A stretch of DNA of 64,000 nucleotides. Source: a bacterium (GTDB lineage Bacteria > Verrucomicrobiota > Kiritimatiellia > RFP12 > UBA1067). The position numbers and the translations under genes were made by a program. Positions 37,972 through 47,787 of this stretch are shown here, piece by piece. Location of the stretch: the NCBI GenBank assembly GCA_037133395.1, contig JBAXOG010000001.1, forward strand, positions 38,123 to 102,122, written 5' to 3'. The notes under the pieces are model-generated. The model saw only the letters and a program-made list of their open reading frames with translations, did not search any database and had not been told where the DNA came from. The first letter of the stretch is position 1. Every line of letters begins with the position of its first letter.

Positions 37972-38219
37972 GAGTAAAATTAAGTATACATGGCATCCCA
38001 TCGTTTATCCATCCCCTTTTTGGGGGAGGCGTGATTCACCAATAATGTATGGTAGGGACGGTTCGCCGAACCGTCTGTGTCTTCCGATATTCCAATATTC
38101 AAGTAAAGTTATAGCCAAGCCCAAAACGGAGTATGATTTAGGCTTTGCAGGCGCACGAAAAAAAGGTATCATTTTGGTTTAATTTGAAAAACGTAGTTGA
38201 TGAAGGATGAAGGAGCTTT

Positions 38220-39071
38220 ATGTGGGATTATACTGATAAAGTCATGGATCACTTTCGGAATCCCCGAAATGTCGGGAAAATTGAAAAGCCAGACGGTGTC
38301 GGCACAGTTGGTTCACTGGCCTGCGGAGATTCCCTGACCCTGATGTTTAAAATGGGGCCGGATCAACGGATTCAAGAGGTGAAATTCCAGACCTTCGGGT
38401 GCGCCAGCGCCATTGCCTCTTCCTCTGCCCTGACCGAGCTCGTGCTGGGCAAAACCATCGAGGAGGCCGAAAAGATCACCAATAAGGATATCGCCGACGC
38501 CCTGGGCGGACTTCCGGACCAGAAGATGCACTGTTCGGTCATGGGGCGCGAGGCCCTCGATGTCGCCATCCATAATTATAAAACTGGCGAAACCATGGTC
38601 AAGAACCTTGAGGACCACATCATCTGCACCTGCTTTGGCGTCTCTGAGAATGAAATCCGGCGCGTCATCACGGAAAACAGCCTCACCTCTATTGACGATG
38701 TCACCAACTATTGCAAGGCCGGCGGCGGATGTGGTATGTGTCGCCCTGAGATCCAGAAGCTCATTGATCTTGTGCAGAATATGCGCACAACAACCCCTTC
38801 ACAGCCTGCGCCTCCCGTGCACAAAAAAATGTCTAACATTCAACGGATGAAACTTATCGAAGAGATTGTAGACCGCGAAATCCGTCCGCAACTACAACGG
38901 GACGGCGGCGATATCGAACTGCTTGATATTGAGGGCGACAACGTAGTGATCGCCTTCCGTGGCATGTGCGCAGGTTGTACATCTGCACCCTTTACACGGC
39001 AAGATTTCATCCAAGCAAGGTTGCGCGAGTTTGTCTCACCCACTCTCGTGGTCGTCGAAGGAACACATTAA
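38220..39071 (+). CDS. nifU: NifU-type Fe-S cluster scaffold (IscU-like N-domain, central 2Fe-2S BFD-like domain, Nfu C-domain)
   Basis: N-terminus MWDYTDKVMDHFRNPRNVG...GSLACGD. C-terminal domain GGDIELLDIEGDNVVIAFRGMCAGC. Confidence 0.8.
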   Translation: MWDYTDKVMDHFRNPRNVGKIEKPDGVGTVGSLACGDSLTLMFKMGPDQRIQEVKFQTFGCASAIASSSALTELVLGKTIEEAEKITNKDIADALGGLPDQKMHCSVMGREALDVAIHNYKTGETMVKNLEDHIICTCFGVSENEIRRVITENSLTSIDDVTNYCKAGGGCGMCRPEIQKLIDLVQNMRTTTPSQPAPPVHKKMSNIQRMKLIEEIVDREIRPQLQRDGGDIELLDIEGDNVVIAFRGMCAGCTSAPFTRQDFIQARLREFVSPTLVVVEGTH

Positions 39072-39092
39072 GAAGGCTTTTGAACAAAACAG

Positions 39093-39710
39093 ATGTTGGA
39101 CACCCCTATAGCTAAACGATTTTTTGTCAATGCGCTCACCTTTGGACGCGTGCCACTGGTCTTTCTCTTCATGATTACGGCGATCATCCAGGCGTATCAT
39201 CCCATGGCGACGTGGATGATCCTTATGGCGGCCATATTCCTTTCAGCAGCAAGCTTAACAGACTTATTCGACGGGATGCTCGCGCGGAAATGGAACGTCG
39301 CGACCAAGTTTGGCGCCTTGGCTGATCCGCTGATGGACAAGGTGTTTTACCTTGTCGTCTTCCCAACTCTGCTGTGGATGCTCGGACGCATGCCGAGCGA
39401 GACCATCCATGCCTTGGTCATGCTGGTCTTTACAGTTCTCTACATCTTGCGCGACCAATGGGTCAGCTTCCTCCGTTCCATCGGAACCATGTATAATGCG
39501 GACTGTCGCGCAAACTGGCTGGGTAAGTTCAGGACAGCCGCTAGTTTCCCCGCCTCCGTGATCATTTACGTTTATGCGGCCTATCAGCCTTGGTTCCTGC
39601 CTCAGGGACTCATTTTCGTCATTGAGGCCCTCCTCATTCTGCTTAATTTCTGGTCGATCATTGTCTACACGCGTCAATACCTTCCCTACATGCGTGAGGC
39701 GATCAAATGA
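39093..39710 (+). CDS. CDP-alcohol phosphatidyltransferase family protein
   Basis: DLFDGMLARKWNVATKFGALADPLMDK matches the D-G-x2-A-R...G-x3-D-x3-D motif. Multi-pass membrane protein. Confidence 0.7.
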   Translation: MLDTPIAKRFFVNALTFGRVPLVFLFMITAIIQAYHPMATWMILMAAIFLSAASLTDLFDGMLARKWNVATKFGALADPLMDKVFYLVVFPTLLWMLGRMPSETIHALVMLVFTVLYILRDQWVSFLRSIGTMYNADCRANWLGKFRTAASFPASVIIYVYAAYQPWFLPQGLIFVIEALLILLNFWSIIVYTRQYLPYMREAIK

Positions 39711-39720
39711 GGAGCAGAGA

Positions 39721-39760
39721 CTGTCGGCAGTTGGCAGGAGCAGTCGGCAGTTGAAAATTT
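39721..39760 (+). repeat. GGCAGTN-type short tandem repeat (GTCGGCAGTTGGCAGGAGCAGTCGGCAGTTG)
   Basis: Direct repeats immediately after the stop at 39710. Related array at 63916-63965. Confidence 0.5.
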
Positions 39761-39792
39761 TCAGTGTCGAGTTTCACAAGCAAGGAGTCCCC

Positions 39793-40083
39793 GTGAGTCA
39801 AACAATTGATGTCGCCTACGTCGCCGAACTGGCACGGCTGGCCCTGACGCCTGAAGAGGCGAAATCCTTTCAAAAACAGTTGGAAAATATCGTCCACTAC
39901 GTCGAAAAAATCGCTCAACTGGATGTAACCGGCATTGAGCCGACTCTCCATGGACAGGGACAGGTCAATGTCCTGCGTGAAGATGTTGTTGTGCCCACGT
40001 CCATTCGCGAAACCGTGCTTTCAAACGCGCCTGCACGTCACGGGTATGAAGTCAAACTTCCCAAGATCGTGGAGGACGCATAG
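39793..40083 (+). CDS. gatC: Asp/Glu-tRNA amidotransferase subunit C
   Basis: GTG start preceded by [43 protein letters not shown] is typical GatC. The 169-aa ORF in the track is an upstream extension. Confidence 0.75.
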   Translation: MSQTIDVAYVAELARLALTPEEAKSFQKQLENIVHYVEKIAQLDVTGIEPTLHGQGQVNVLREDVVVPTSIRETVLSNAPARHGYEVKLPKIVEDA

Positions 40084-40088
40084 AGGTT

Positions 40089-41546
40089 ATGAATATTGAG
40101 ACCTTGACTATTTCTAGGGCGGCCGAAGGATTGCGGAAGCGCGATTTTTCGGCTGTTGAACTGACCACAAGCGTATTGGCGGCCATTGCTGAAAAAGATG
40201 GGCCCATCAACGCTTACCTGACCGTAGATGCTGAAGGCGCATTGAAGCAAGCCGCTGCAGCAGACGCGGCACGGAGTGCCGGACAGGACGGCGATTTGCT
40301 CGGCATACCCGTGGCCATCAAAGATATCATCAATGTTGAGGGGCAACCCTGCACCTGCGCCTCCAAGATGCTCGAAGGCTATGTCTCGCCGTATGATGCG
40401 ACCGTCTCCGCACGCCTCCGCTCCGCAGGCGCAGTCTTGACCGGACGCACGAACATGGATGAGTTTGCCATGGGGTCCTCGACGGAAAGCTCCGCATTTG
40501 TCACCACGCGCAATCCGCATGACCTCTCACGCGTTCCTGGAGGCTCCAGCGGCGGTTCAGCAGCGGCCGTCGCCGCAGGAACCGCGCTTGCTGCGCTCGG
40601 CACAGATACAGGCGGTTCCATCCGCCAGCCAGCCTCCTTCTGCGGCTGCGTTGGTTTTAAACCCTCCTACGGGCGCGTCTCGCGTTATGGCGTCACTGCG
40701 TATGCATCATCGCTCGACCAGGTTGGTCCCATGACCAAAACCGTCGAGGACGCCGCCATACTCTTGCAGGCGCTTGCGGGCGTGGACTGTCACGATGGAA
40801 CCACCGCGAATGTTGCTGTTCCTGATTATCGTTCTGCCTTGAAAGGCGGACTCAAGGGTTTACGTATCGGTATGCCCAAGGAGTACTTCATCGAGGGGAC
40901 AGACCCTGAAGTCATGGCCTCCATTCGTAAGGCCATTGATGATTGCGCGAAGGCTGGCGCGGAAATTGTCGACGTCAGCCTGCCGCACACCGAATACGCG
41001 ATTGCCGTTTATTACATCATCGCAACAGCAGAAGCATCTGCCAACCTCGCTCGCTTCGACGGTGTCCGGTACGGACATCGCACAGCGAATCCGGAATCCG
41101 TCTTTGACCTCTATGCCAAGAGCCGTGCCGAAGGATTTGGCACCGAAGTGAAGCGCCGCATCATTCTCGGCACTTACGTGCTCAGCAGCGGCTACTACGA
41201 GGCCTACTATGGCCGGGCGCAAAAGGTACGGACGCTCATCCGGCGCGACTTTGAAAACGTCTTTAAGCAATGTGATGTGCTCATGACACCGGTTGCACCA
41301 ACCGCCGCCTATAAGCTGGGTGAGTCCACCAACGATCCGCTCAAAATGTATCTGGGCGATATTTTTACAGTCCCAGCCAATCTTGCGGGTCTTTGCGGTA
41401 TGTCCGTCCCCTGCGGCATGACGAGCGACCGCCTGCCCATCGGCCTACAAATCTTAGGTCCCTCCTTAGGTGAAAGCGCCCTTTTGAGAGTAGGAGCCGC
41501 TTATGAGATGCTGAGGCAACAGAGTCATAAGGAAAGTGAAAAGTGA
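40089..41546 (+). CDS. gatA: Asp/Glu-tRNA amidotransferase subunit A
   Basis: Amidase signature [14 protein letters not shown]. 485 aa. Confidence 0.9.
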   Translation: MNIETLTISRAAEGLRKRDFSAVELTTSVLAAIAEKDGPINAYLTVDAEGALKQAAAADAARSAGQDGDLLGIPVAIKDIINVEGQPCTCASKMLEGYVSPYDATVSARLRSAGAVLTGRTNMDEFAMGSSTESSAFVTTRNPHDLSRVPGGSSGGSAAAVAAGTALAALGTDTGGSIRQPASFCGCVGFKPSYGRVSRYGVTAYASSLDQVGPMTKTVEDAAILLQALAGVDCHDGTTANVAVPDYRSALKGGLKGLRIGMPKEYFIEGTDPEVMASIRKAIDDCAKAGAEIVDVSLPHTEYAIAVYYIIATAEASANLARFDGVRYGHRTANPESVFDLYAKSRAEGFGTEVKRRIILGTYVLSSGYYEAYYGRAQKVRTLIRRDFENVFKQCDVLMTPVAPTAAYKLGESTNDPLKMYLGDIFTVPANLAGLCGMSVPCGMTSDRLPIGLQILGPSLGESALLRVGAAYEMLRQQSHKESEK

Positions 41547-41620
41547 GAAATGGAAAATGAAAAGTGGATACGCTTATGACTGATTACTTTTTTTTCATGT
41601 ATTTCGGATGCTAAAAAACT

Positions 41621-41651
41621 GAACCCTGAACCCCGAACCCTGAACCCTCCC
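41621..41651 (+). repeat. Heptamer array GAACCCT GAACCCC GAACCCT GAACCCT abutting the gatB start codon
   Basis: Direct reading. Same unit as 14803-14825 in the inverse orientation. Confidence 0.55.
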
Positions 41652-43079
41652 ATGAAATACTTAACCACCATAGGACTAGAAACGCACGTGCAGTTGAAAA
41701 CTGCGACCAAGATGTTCTGCGGATGCAGCTTGAAATTCGGCGAGGAGCCGAACACGAATGTCTGCCCAGTCTGCTTAGGCTATCCCGGCGCTTTGCCCGT
41801 CACCAACAAAGAGGCTATCCAGCTGACCGTGATGTCTGGACTGATGCTGGGATGCACCATCAACAAGCACAGCACCTTTGACCGGAAGAACTATTTCTAT
41901 CCGGATATGGCCAAGGACTTCCAGATTTCGCAAAACACCCACCCACTCTGTCTGGGCGGACACGTGACCATCCAAACCCCGACCGGACCCAAAGACATTC
42001 GTATCAACCATATCCATCTGGAAGAAGATGCGGCGAAGATTAATCACTATGCGCAATTCAGCGGCGTGGACTACAATCGCGGCGGTACGCCCCTCATGGA
42101 GATTGTCTCCGAGCCAGACCTCTCCTCTCCCGATGAGGCGCTGGCCTACTTGCAGGCGCTGAAACAGATTCTGGTCTACACAGGTGTAAGCGATTGCAAC
42201 CTGGAAGAGGGCAACATGCGCTCGGACGTCAACGTCAGCATCCGGCCCGAGGGTCAGACAACGTTGGGCACGAAGGTGGAAATCAAGAACATGAACACCT
42301 TCAAGGGAATCTACGCTGCTGCAAACTATGAGATCGCACGGCAGACGTATGCCGTAACGCACGGCAACAAGTTGGTGCAAGAGACGCGCCGGTGGGATCC
42401 TGACGCCAACGAAACGCAATCTATGCGTTCCAAGGAAAACGCTCACGACTATCGGTATCTCCCAGAACCCGATCTCGTGCCCATCGCCCTCAGTGAAGCC
42501 CAAATCGAAGCATGGCGCTTGGCACTGCCTGAACTGCCCTCTCTCCGCCGTGTGCGGATGATGGAAGCATACGGCATACCAGAATACGACGCGGGCGTGC
42601 TTGCGGACGCACGGGAGAATGCGGACTTTTTTGAGGCTACTGCGAAGCTGTGTGGCAAGAGCCTTTACAAAATCGCCTCAAACTGGTTCATGGTCGAAGT
42701 CATGCGCCTGCTCTCGGAAAGCGGCAAGTCCATTGGCGAAGGGGCCCTGACCCCAGAGTCCCTAGCGGAATTGATTCTGCTTGCGGATCAGCGGGTCATC
42801 AATGGTCCGACCGCGAAGGAACTACTCCCAGAGCTCTTCGAAAAGGGTGGCATGCCTAAGACACTTGTCGATTCGCGCGGTCTTGGACAAGTCAGCGACA
42901 CCACCGCCTTAGAAGCATTTGTGCAGCAAGCCATCGCCTCAAATCCAAAATCGGCCGAGGATTATAAAGCAGGCAAAAAGGCAGCGGCCGGTTATTTTGT
43001 GGGACAAGTCATGAAGCTCAGCAAAGGCAAGGCAGATCCTAAACTGGTGGGTGAACTTGTTGCCCAAGCACTGGCATAA
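41652..43079 (+). CDS. gatB: Asp/Glu-tRNA amidotransferase subunit B
   Basis: MKYLTTIGLETHVQL...CPVCLGYPGALPV canonical GatB start. Confidence 0.9.
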   Translation: MKYLTTIGLETHVQLKTATKMFCGCSLKFGEEPNTNVCPVCLGYPGALPVTNKEAIQLTVMSGLMLGCTINKHSTFDRKNYFYPDMAKDFQISQNTHPLCLGGHVTIQTPTGPKDIRINHIHLEEDAAKINHYAQFSGVDYNRGGTPLMEIVSEPDLSSPDEALAYLQALKQILVYTGVSDCNLEEGNMRSDVNVSIRPEGQTTLGTKVEIKNMNTFKGIYAAANYEIARQTYAVTHGNKLVQETRRWDPDANETQSMRSKENAHDYRYLPEPDLVPIALSEAQIEAWRLALPELPSLRRVRMMEAYGIPEYDAGVLADARENADFFEATAKLCGKSLYKIASNWFMVEVMRLLSESGKSIGEGALTPESLAELILLADQRVINGPTAKELLPELFEKGGMPKTLVDSRGLGQVSDTTALEAFVQQAIASNPKSAEDYKAGKKAAAGYFVGQVMKLSKGKADPKLVGELVAQALA

Positions 43080-43147
43080 CAATAAACTTGTCTGATTTGG
43101 ATTAAAAGGGTAATTTAAAGGTTTTTAGAGAAGACGGGAGAACCACT

Positions 43148-44839
43148 GTGACTTCAAATGATGATTATGTCTTAAAACTCTTGCAAGAGCAGGGATACGT
43201 ATCGCCCGAGCAAGTGACTGCAGTCATGAATTCGCTCAAGCAGGAGGGGGAGACCACGCTAGACATTCTCCTTCAAACGAGTGCGGTCACGGAAGATATG
43301 GTCCTTGGCATGATTGCAACACAATTTGGCATGCAATATGTCCATGTCAATGCAGATGCCATCGACCCAGCGGTGAAGGATATCATCCCCAGCGATTTAG
43401 CCCGAAAGTATGGGGTTGTCCCTGTTTTCGCAACAGAAACATCCGTGACTGTCGCACTCAGCGACCCGATGGCGTATGACGCCGTTGACAGCCTTCACTA
43501 TGTACTCAAACGCGACGTGGATGCTGTTATTGCTCCCCGCCTTGAGGTCAAGGCTGCCGTTGACAAGCTCTATCCTGCAGAATTTGAAAGCATCTTTGAC
43601 CGGGATGATCCGAGCATCGATATTTCGGAAAAAGAAAAATCCGAAGTGACGTCAGACTCAAAAGATTCTGATGCGCCCATTATCCGTCTCGTCAGCCTCA
43701 TCATTACCGAAGCGGTTAAAATGCGCGCCTCGGATATTCACCTCGAGCCCATGGAACGCACCTTCCGCGTGCGTTACCGGGTTGACGGTGCCCTTCGCCA
43801 GATGGACAGCCCCAACAAACGCCTTCAGGCCGCGATCCTTAGTCGTCTGAAAATCATGTCGAACATGAAGATTTCTGAAAAACGTATCCCGCAAGACGGA
43901 CGTATTCAGATTAAAGTCCAAGGTCGCGATCTCGATTTACGCGTCTCATCTGTGCCGACAAACCACGGCGAAAGCATTGTCATGCGTATTCTCGACAAAA
44001 CAAACCTCGCGCTCGGCTTGCCGCAACTTGGTTTTTTGTCAGACGACCAGAACAAATTTGAAAGGCTGATTACCCTGCCTGATGGCGTGTTGCTGGTGAC
44101 GGGCCCGACGGGTTCGGGAAAAACCACAACGCTCTATGCCTGCTTGGGCCAAATCAACTTGCCAGATCGTAAAATCATTACGGTTGAAGACCCCGTCGAA
44201 TACCAGATGTCTGGTATCAACCAAGTCGGCGTGAACCGAGACGTAGGACTGGACTTTTCCACCGCACTTCGTTCCATCTTGCGTCAGGCGCCGAACATTG
44301 TGATGATCGGCGAAATTCGTGACCATGAAACAGCGGATATCGCCATGGAAGCCGCCCTCACAGGTCACTTAGTATTCAGCACCCTTCACACCAATGACGC
44401 TCCTAGCGCTGTCACACGTCTGCTGGATATTGGCGTGAAGCCCTTTCTGGTCGCCTCAGCGCTCCGCGCCGCCATGGCCCAACGACTCGTACGCGCGATC
44501 TGCGTCAACTGCAAGACCGAATACACCCCTACCGAGCGCGAAATTAAAATGCTGGGTGCCCTCGGCAAAAATGTGGCAAGCACAAAAATGTACAAGGGGA
44601 CGGGATGTCCAACGTGCAGTAATAACGGGTACAAGGGGCGTAAAGGTATCTTTGAGATCTTCATGGTGGATGACACCATCCAGCGTCTCATTTTTGATCA
44701 TGCACCAGCCACATCACTCCGTGCTCGCGCACGCGAAATGGGCATGCGCACATTACGAGAAGACGGCATATTGAAAATCGCGTCTGGCATGACATCGCTT
44801 GAAGAAGTGCTACGCGCAACCATGGGAGATGCAGACTAA
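43148..44839 (+). CDS. GspE/PilB-family type II secretion / type IV pilus assembly ATPase (copy 1)
   Basis: N-terminal T2SSE_N domain, Walker [13 protein letters not shown], tetracysteine motif CVNCKTEY...[20 protein letters not shown] start. Confidence 0.8.
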   Translation: MTSNDDYVLKLLQEQGYVSPEQVTAVMNSLKQEGETTLDILLQTSAVTEDMVLGMIATQFGMQYVHVNADAIDPAVKDIIPSDLARKYGVVPVFATETSVTVALSDPMAYDAVDSLHYVLKRDVDAVIAPRLEVKAAVDKLYPAEFESIFDRDDPSIDISEKEKSEVTSDSKDSDAPIIRLVSLIITEAVKMRASDIHLEPMERTFRVRYRVDGALRQMDSPNKRLQAAILSRLKIMSNMKISEKRIPQDGRIQIKVQGRDLDLRVSSVPTNHGESIVMRILDKTNLALGLPQLGFLSDDQNKFERLITLPDGVLLVTGPTGSGKTTTLYACLGQINLPDRKIITVEDPVEYQMSGINQVGVNRDVGLDFSTALRSILRQAPNIVMIGEIRDHETADIAMEAALTGHLVFSTLHTNDAPSAVTRLLDIGVKPFLVASALRAAMAQRLVRAICVNCKTEYTPTEREIKMLGALGKNVASTKMYKGTGCPTCSNNGYKGRKGIFEIFMVDDTIQRLIFDHAPATSLRARAREMGMRTLREDGILKIASGMTSLEEVLRATMGDAD

Positions 44840-45930
44840 TGAGCCTAGAAATGACCATGCAAGATTTGTTACAGGCAACCGTTGACGAGGGGTCTTCCGA
44901 CCTTCACATCCGCGTTGGCATACCGCCCATGTTGCGCGTCCACGGATCACTCACGCCATTGGATGCGCCGCCACTGACACGGGAAGATACGTATGAACTT
45001 GTCAAGTCCGTCACACCCGAAGAAAAGATGGAAGAAATTGAAAGGGTTGGGGGTACCGACTATGCGCTCCCCTTTGGGAATGTCGCACGTTTCCGCGTCA
45101 GCGCCTTCAAGGAACGCGGCAATTACTCGCTTGTCTTACGTCAGATTCCAAGCAAGCTGCTCAGCCTGGAGCAAATCGGTTTGCCTGAACAGGTAAAGGA
45201 ACTTCTTTTCAAACCGCGCGGACTTATTCTCGTGACGGGCCCGACCGGCTCTGGAAAAACCACGACGCTCGCCAGCATGTTGAACATCATCAACAATGAA
45301 CGCGATGTGCACATCATCACCGTTGAAGATCCGATCGAATATTATCATGCGCATAAGAAGTCCATTGTCACGCAACGTGAAGTCGGCACGGATGTGTCCT
45401 CCTTCGCTGAAGCGATCCGCCGTGCCTTGCGCCAAGATCCGGATGTGATCCTCGTCGGTGAAATGCGCGACCTTGAAACCATGCAGGCGGCCATCACTGC
45501 TGCAGAAACCGGCCATTTAGTCTTTGCAACACTTCATACCACCGGCGCGACAGCAACCGTCGACCGTATTGTTGACGCCTTCCCGACAGACCAGCAGGAG
45601 CAGGTTCGCACACAGCTCTCCGTCGGCCTCGTCGCTGTGATCTCGCAACTGCTCCTGTCACGTGTAGACAAGCCCGGCCGCGTCGCTGCGTTTGAAATTA
45701 TGATTTCAACGCCGTCCATCCGTTCCCGTATTCGTGATAACAAGACCTTCCAGATTACGTCGGACATTCAGACGGGAGCCAAGTTTGGCATGATTTCGCT
45801 GGACTCTCACTTACTCGATCTTTATATGGCTGGACTGATTTCGTATGATGACCTCGTTACCAAGTCGCAGGACCCTGACACGCTGGTTCAGAAACTTAAA
45901 ACTGAACTCCAAACAAAAGGAAGAGGTTAA
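44839..45930 (+). CDS. pilT: Twitching-motility retraction ATPase PilT
   Basis: [17 protein letters not shown], 363 aa, PilT-type C-terminus. Confidence 0.85.
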   Translation: MSLEMTMQDLLQATVDEGSSDLHIRVGIPPMLRVHGSLTPLDAPPLTREDTYELVKSVTPEEKMEEIERVGGTDYALPFGNVARFRVSAFKERGNYSLVLRQIPSKLLSLEQIGLPEQVKELLFKPRGLILVTGPTGSGKTTTLASMLNIINNERDVHIITVEDPIEYYHAHKKSIVTQREVGTDVSSFAEAIRRALRQDPDVILVGEMRDLETMQAAITAAETGHLVFATLHTTGATATVDRIVDAFPTDQQEQVRTQLSVGLVAVISQLLLSRVDKPGRVAAFEIMISTPSIRSRIRDNKTFQITSDIQTGAKFGMISLDSHLLDLYMAGLISYDDLVTKSQDPDTLVQKLKTELQTKGRG

Positions 45931-45935
45931 CACGT

Positions 45936-47660
45936 ATGTCTGAAGAAGTGATTACCCCCCCTGCTATCACGTATGAACCTCTTCTTGATTTGATGACGAG
46001 TAACGGCATCATCGATGAAGAACAAGTCGATGAATTGCGTGAAGAACATACGCGTACCGGCAAATCGATTCGCGCCTTACTCGTCACAACAGGATACGTG
46101 ACTGAAGACGACTTGCTCAATATGATGGCCTCCTACCAAGGGTGCGAAGTGATCGACCTGAGCATGGCGACACTGGATTCCGATATCATCGAAAGCGTTC
46201 CGGGCAACATCGCCCGTATGTACATGATCGTCCCCGTATCCTCTACGCCTGGCACAATCACCTTGGCCACGAGCGACCTCGTTGACCCACATGTCATGGA
46301 CGAACTGATGTTCGTTCTGACCAAGGACATCCAGTTTGTTTTCGCCCCTGAAAAAGATCTGCGGGAACGTGTCTCTGAATATTATGGAGATGAAAGCGCG
46401 ACTGTTGCGGATATGATCAACAGTCTGGACTCCGACATGGCGAACAACGTCTCGCTGGGCGGAGACGACAACATGGACGAGAAGAGCATCGAGTCAGCCG
46501 CCTCTGCCGCCCCTGTGATTCGCTTTGTGAACCTGGTCTTGTATCAAGCGGTCTCTGACCGCGCGTCGGACATCCACTTTGAACCGTTTGAGAAGGATTT
46601 CAAGATCCGTTACCGCGTCGACGGCGCGCTTTATGAAATGGCGCCTCCGCCCCGTCGCTTGGCCCTCCCGATTATTTCCCGCGTCAAGGTGATGTCGGGT
46701 CTGAACATCGCTGAACGCCGCATCCCGCAGGATGGACGTATCTCATTAACCGTGGCGGGCCGGCAAATCGATTTGCGTGTCTCGTGTTTACCAACAACCT
46801 TTGGCGAAAGCGTAGTGCTTCGCGTGTTAGATCGTAGCGTGGTTTCGCTGGATCTCGAAAACATCGGGTTACCGGAAGACATCTATGAAGACGTCACCAT
46901 GGATCTCGAAAAACCGAATGGTATTATCATCGTCACGGGGCCGACGGGTTCAGGCAAAACGACCACCCTCTATTCCTGTCTGAGTCGCATCAATACCATT
47001 GACTCCAAGTTGCTCACCGCTGAAGAGCCTGTCGAATATGACATTGACGGCATTGTTCAAGTGCAAATCAACCCGAGTACAGGCAACACCTTTCCAAAAG
47101 TGCTTCGAGCCTTCTTACGTCAAGACCCGGACATCATGATGATCGGTGAAATTCGAGACCTTGAAACTGCACAAATCGCTGTTCAGGCTTCTCTCACGGG
47201 TCACTTGGTCTTCAGTACCCTTCACACGAATGACGCCTCAGGCGCGGTGACACGTCTTATTGATATGAACGTGGAACCCTATCTAATTGCGTCGACCCTT
47301 GAAGCGGTGCTTGGACAACGTCTCGTGCGAACCATCTGCCCCAACTGCAAGGAAGCCTTCACGCCCGACAACGACACCATCGCCCGTCTGTCGCTCAAGC
47401 GCGAAAATGTCGGAGACCGCCAGTTCTATTACGGCAAAGGCTGTTCAAAATGCAGCGGAACGGGTTATAAAGGACGTAAAGGCGTCTTTGAATATCTGCG
47501 TATTTCGGATCCGATCCGTGATCTCATCAACGAACGTCGACCGACCCTTTTCATCCGTGAACGTGCACGTGAACTGGGCATGCGGACCATGCGTGAAGAC
47601 GCGATCCGTAATGTTCTTGACGGTTATACCACCGTCGACGAAATTTTGCGCTACACGTAA
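45936..47660 (+). CDS. GspE/PilB-family assembly ATPase (copy 2)
   Basis: Walker [21 protein letters not shown]...CSKCSGTGYKGRKGVFE zinc motif. 574 aa. Confidence 0.8.
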   Translation: MSEEVITPPAITYEPLLDLMTSNGIIDEEQVDELREEHTRTGKSIRALLVTTGYVTEDDLLNMMASYQGCEVIDLSMATLDSDIIESVPGNIARMYMIVPVSSTPGTITLATSDLVDPHVMDELMFVLTKDIQFVFAPEKDLRERVSEYYGDESATVADMINSLDSDMANNVSLGGDDNMDEKSIESAASAAPVIRFVNLVLYQAVSDRASDIHFEPFEKDFKIRYRVDGALYEMAPPPRRLALPIISRVKVMSGLNIAERRIPQDGRISLTVAGRQIDLRVSCLPTTFGESVVLRVLDRSVVSLDLENIGLPEDIYEDVTMDLEKPNGIIIVTGPTGSGKTTTLYSCLSRINTIDSKLLTAEEPVEYDIDGIVQVQINPSTGNTFPKVLRAFLRQDPDIMMIGEIRDLETAQIAVQASLTGHLVFSTLHTNDASGAVTRLIDMNVEPYLIASTLEAVLGQRLVRTICPNCKEAFTPDNDTIARLSLKRENVGDRQFYYGKGCSKCSGTGYKGRKGVFEYLRISDPIRDLINERRPTLFIRERARELGMRTMREDAIRNVLDGYTTVDEILRYT

Positions 47661-47787
47661 AAAGAAGGCAAACACCTCAAAACCTGGGCATTAAGGCTCA
47701 TAAATCGTCTTTTTCGGGGTAGTTGACGCACAGGACGATATCTGATAAACTCTTACGTTTTAATTTTTTAACAAACCAAAAGGATAC

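Noticed and set aside
39574-40083. 169-aa version of gatC from the ORF track
   Set aside because: The upstream 73 codons are a Ser/Arg-rich read-through of the repeat-containing spacer. An AAGGAG-GTG start at 39793 gives a normal 96-aa GatC.
41775-42503. 242-aa minus-strand ORF
   Set aside because: Antisense to gatB.
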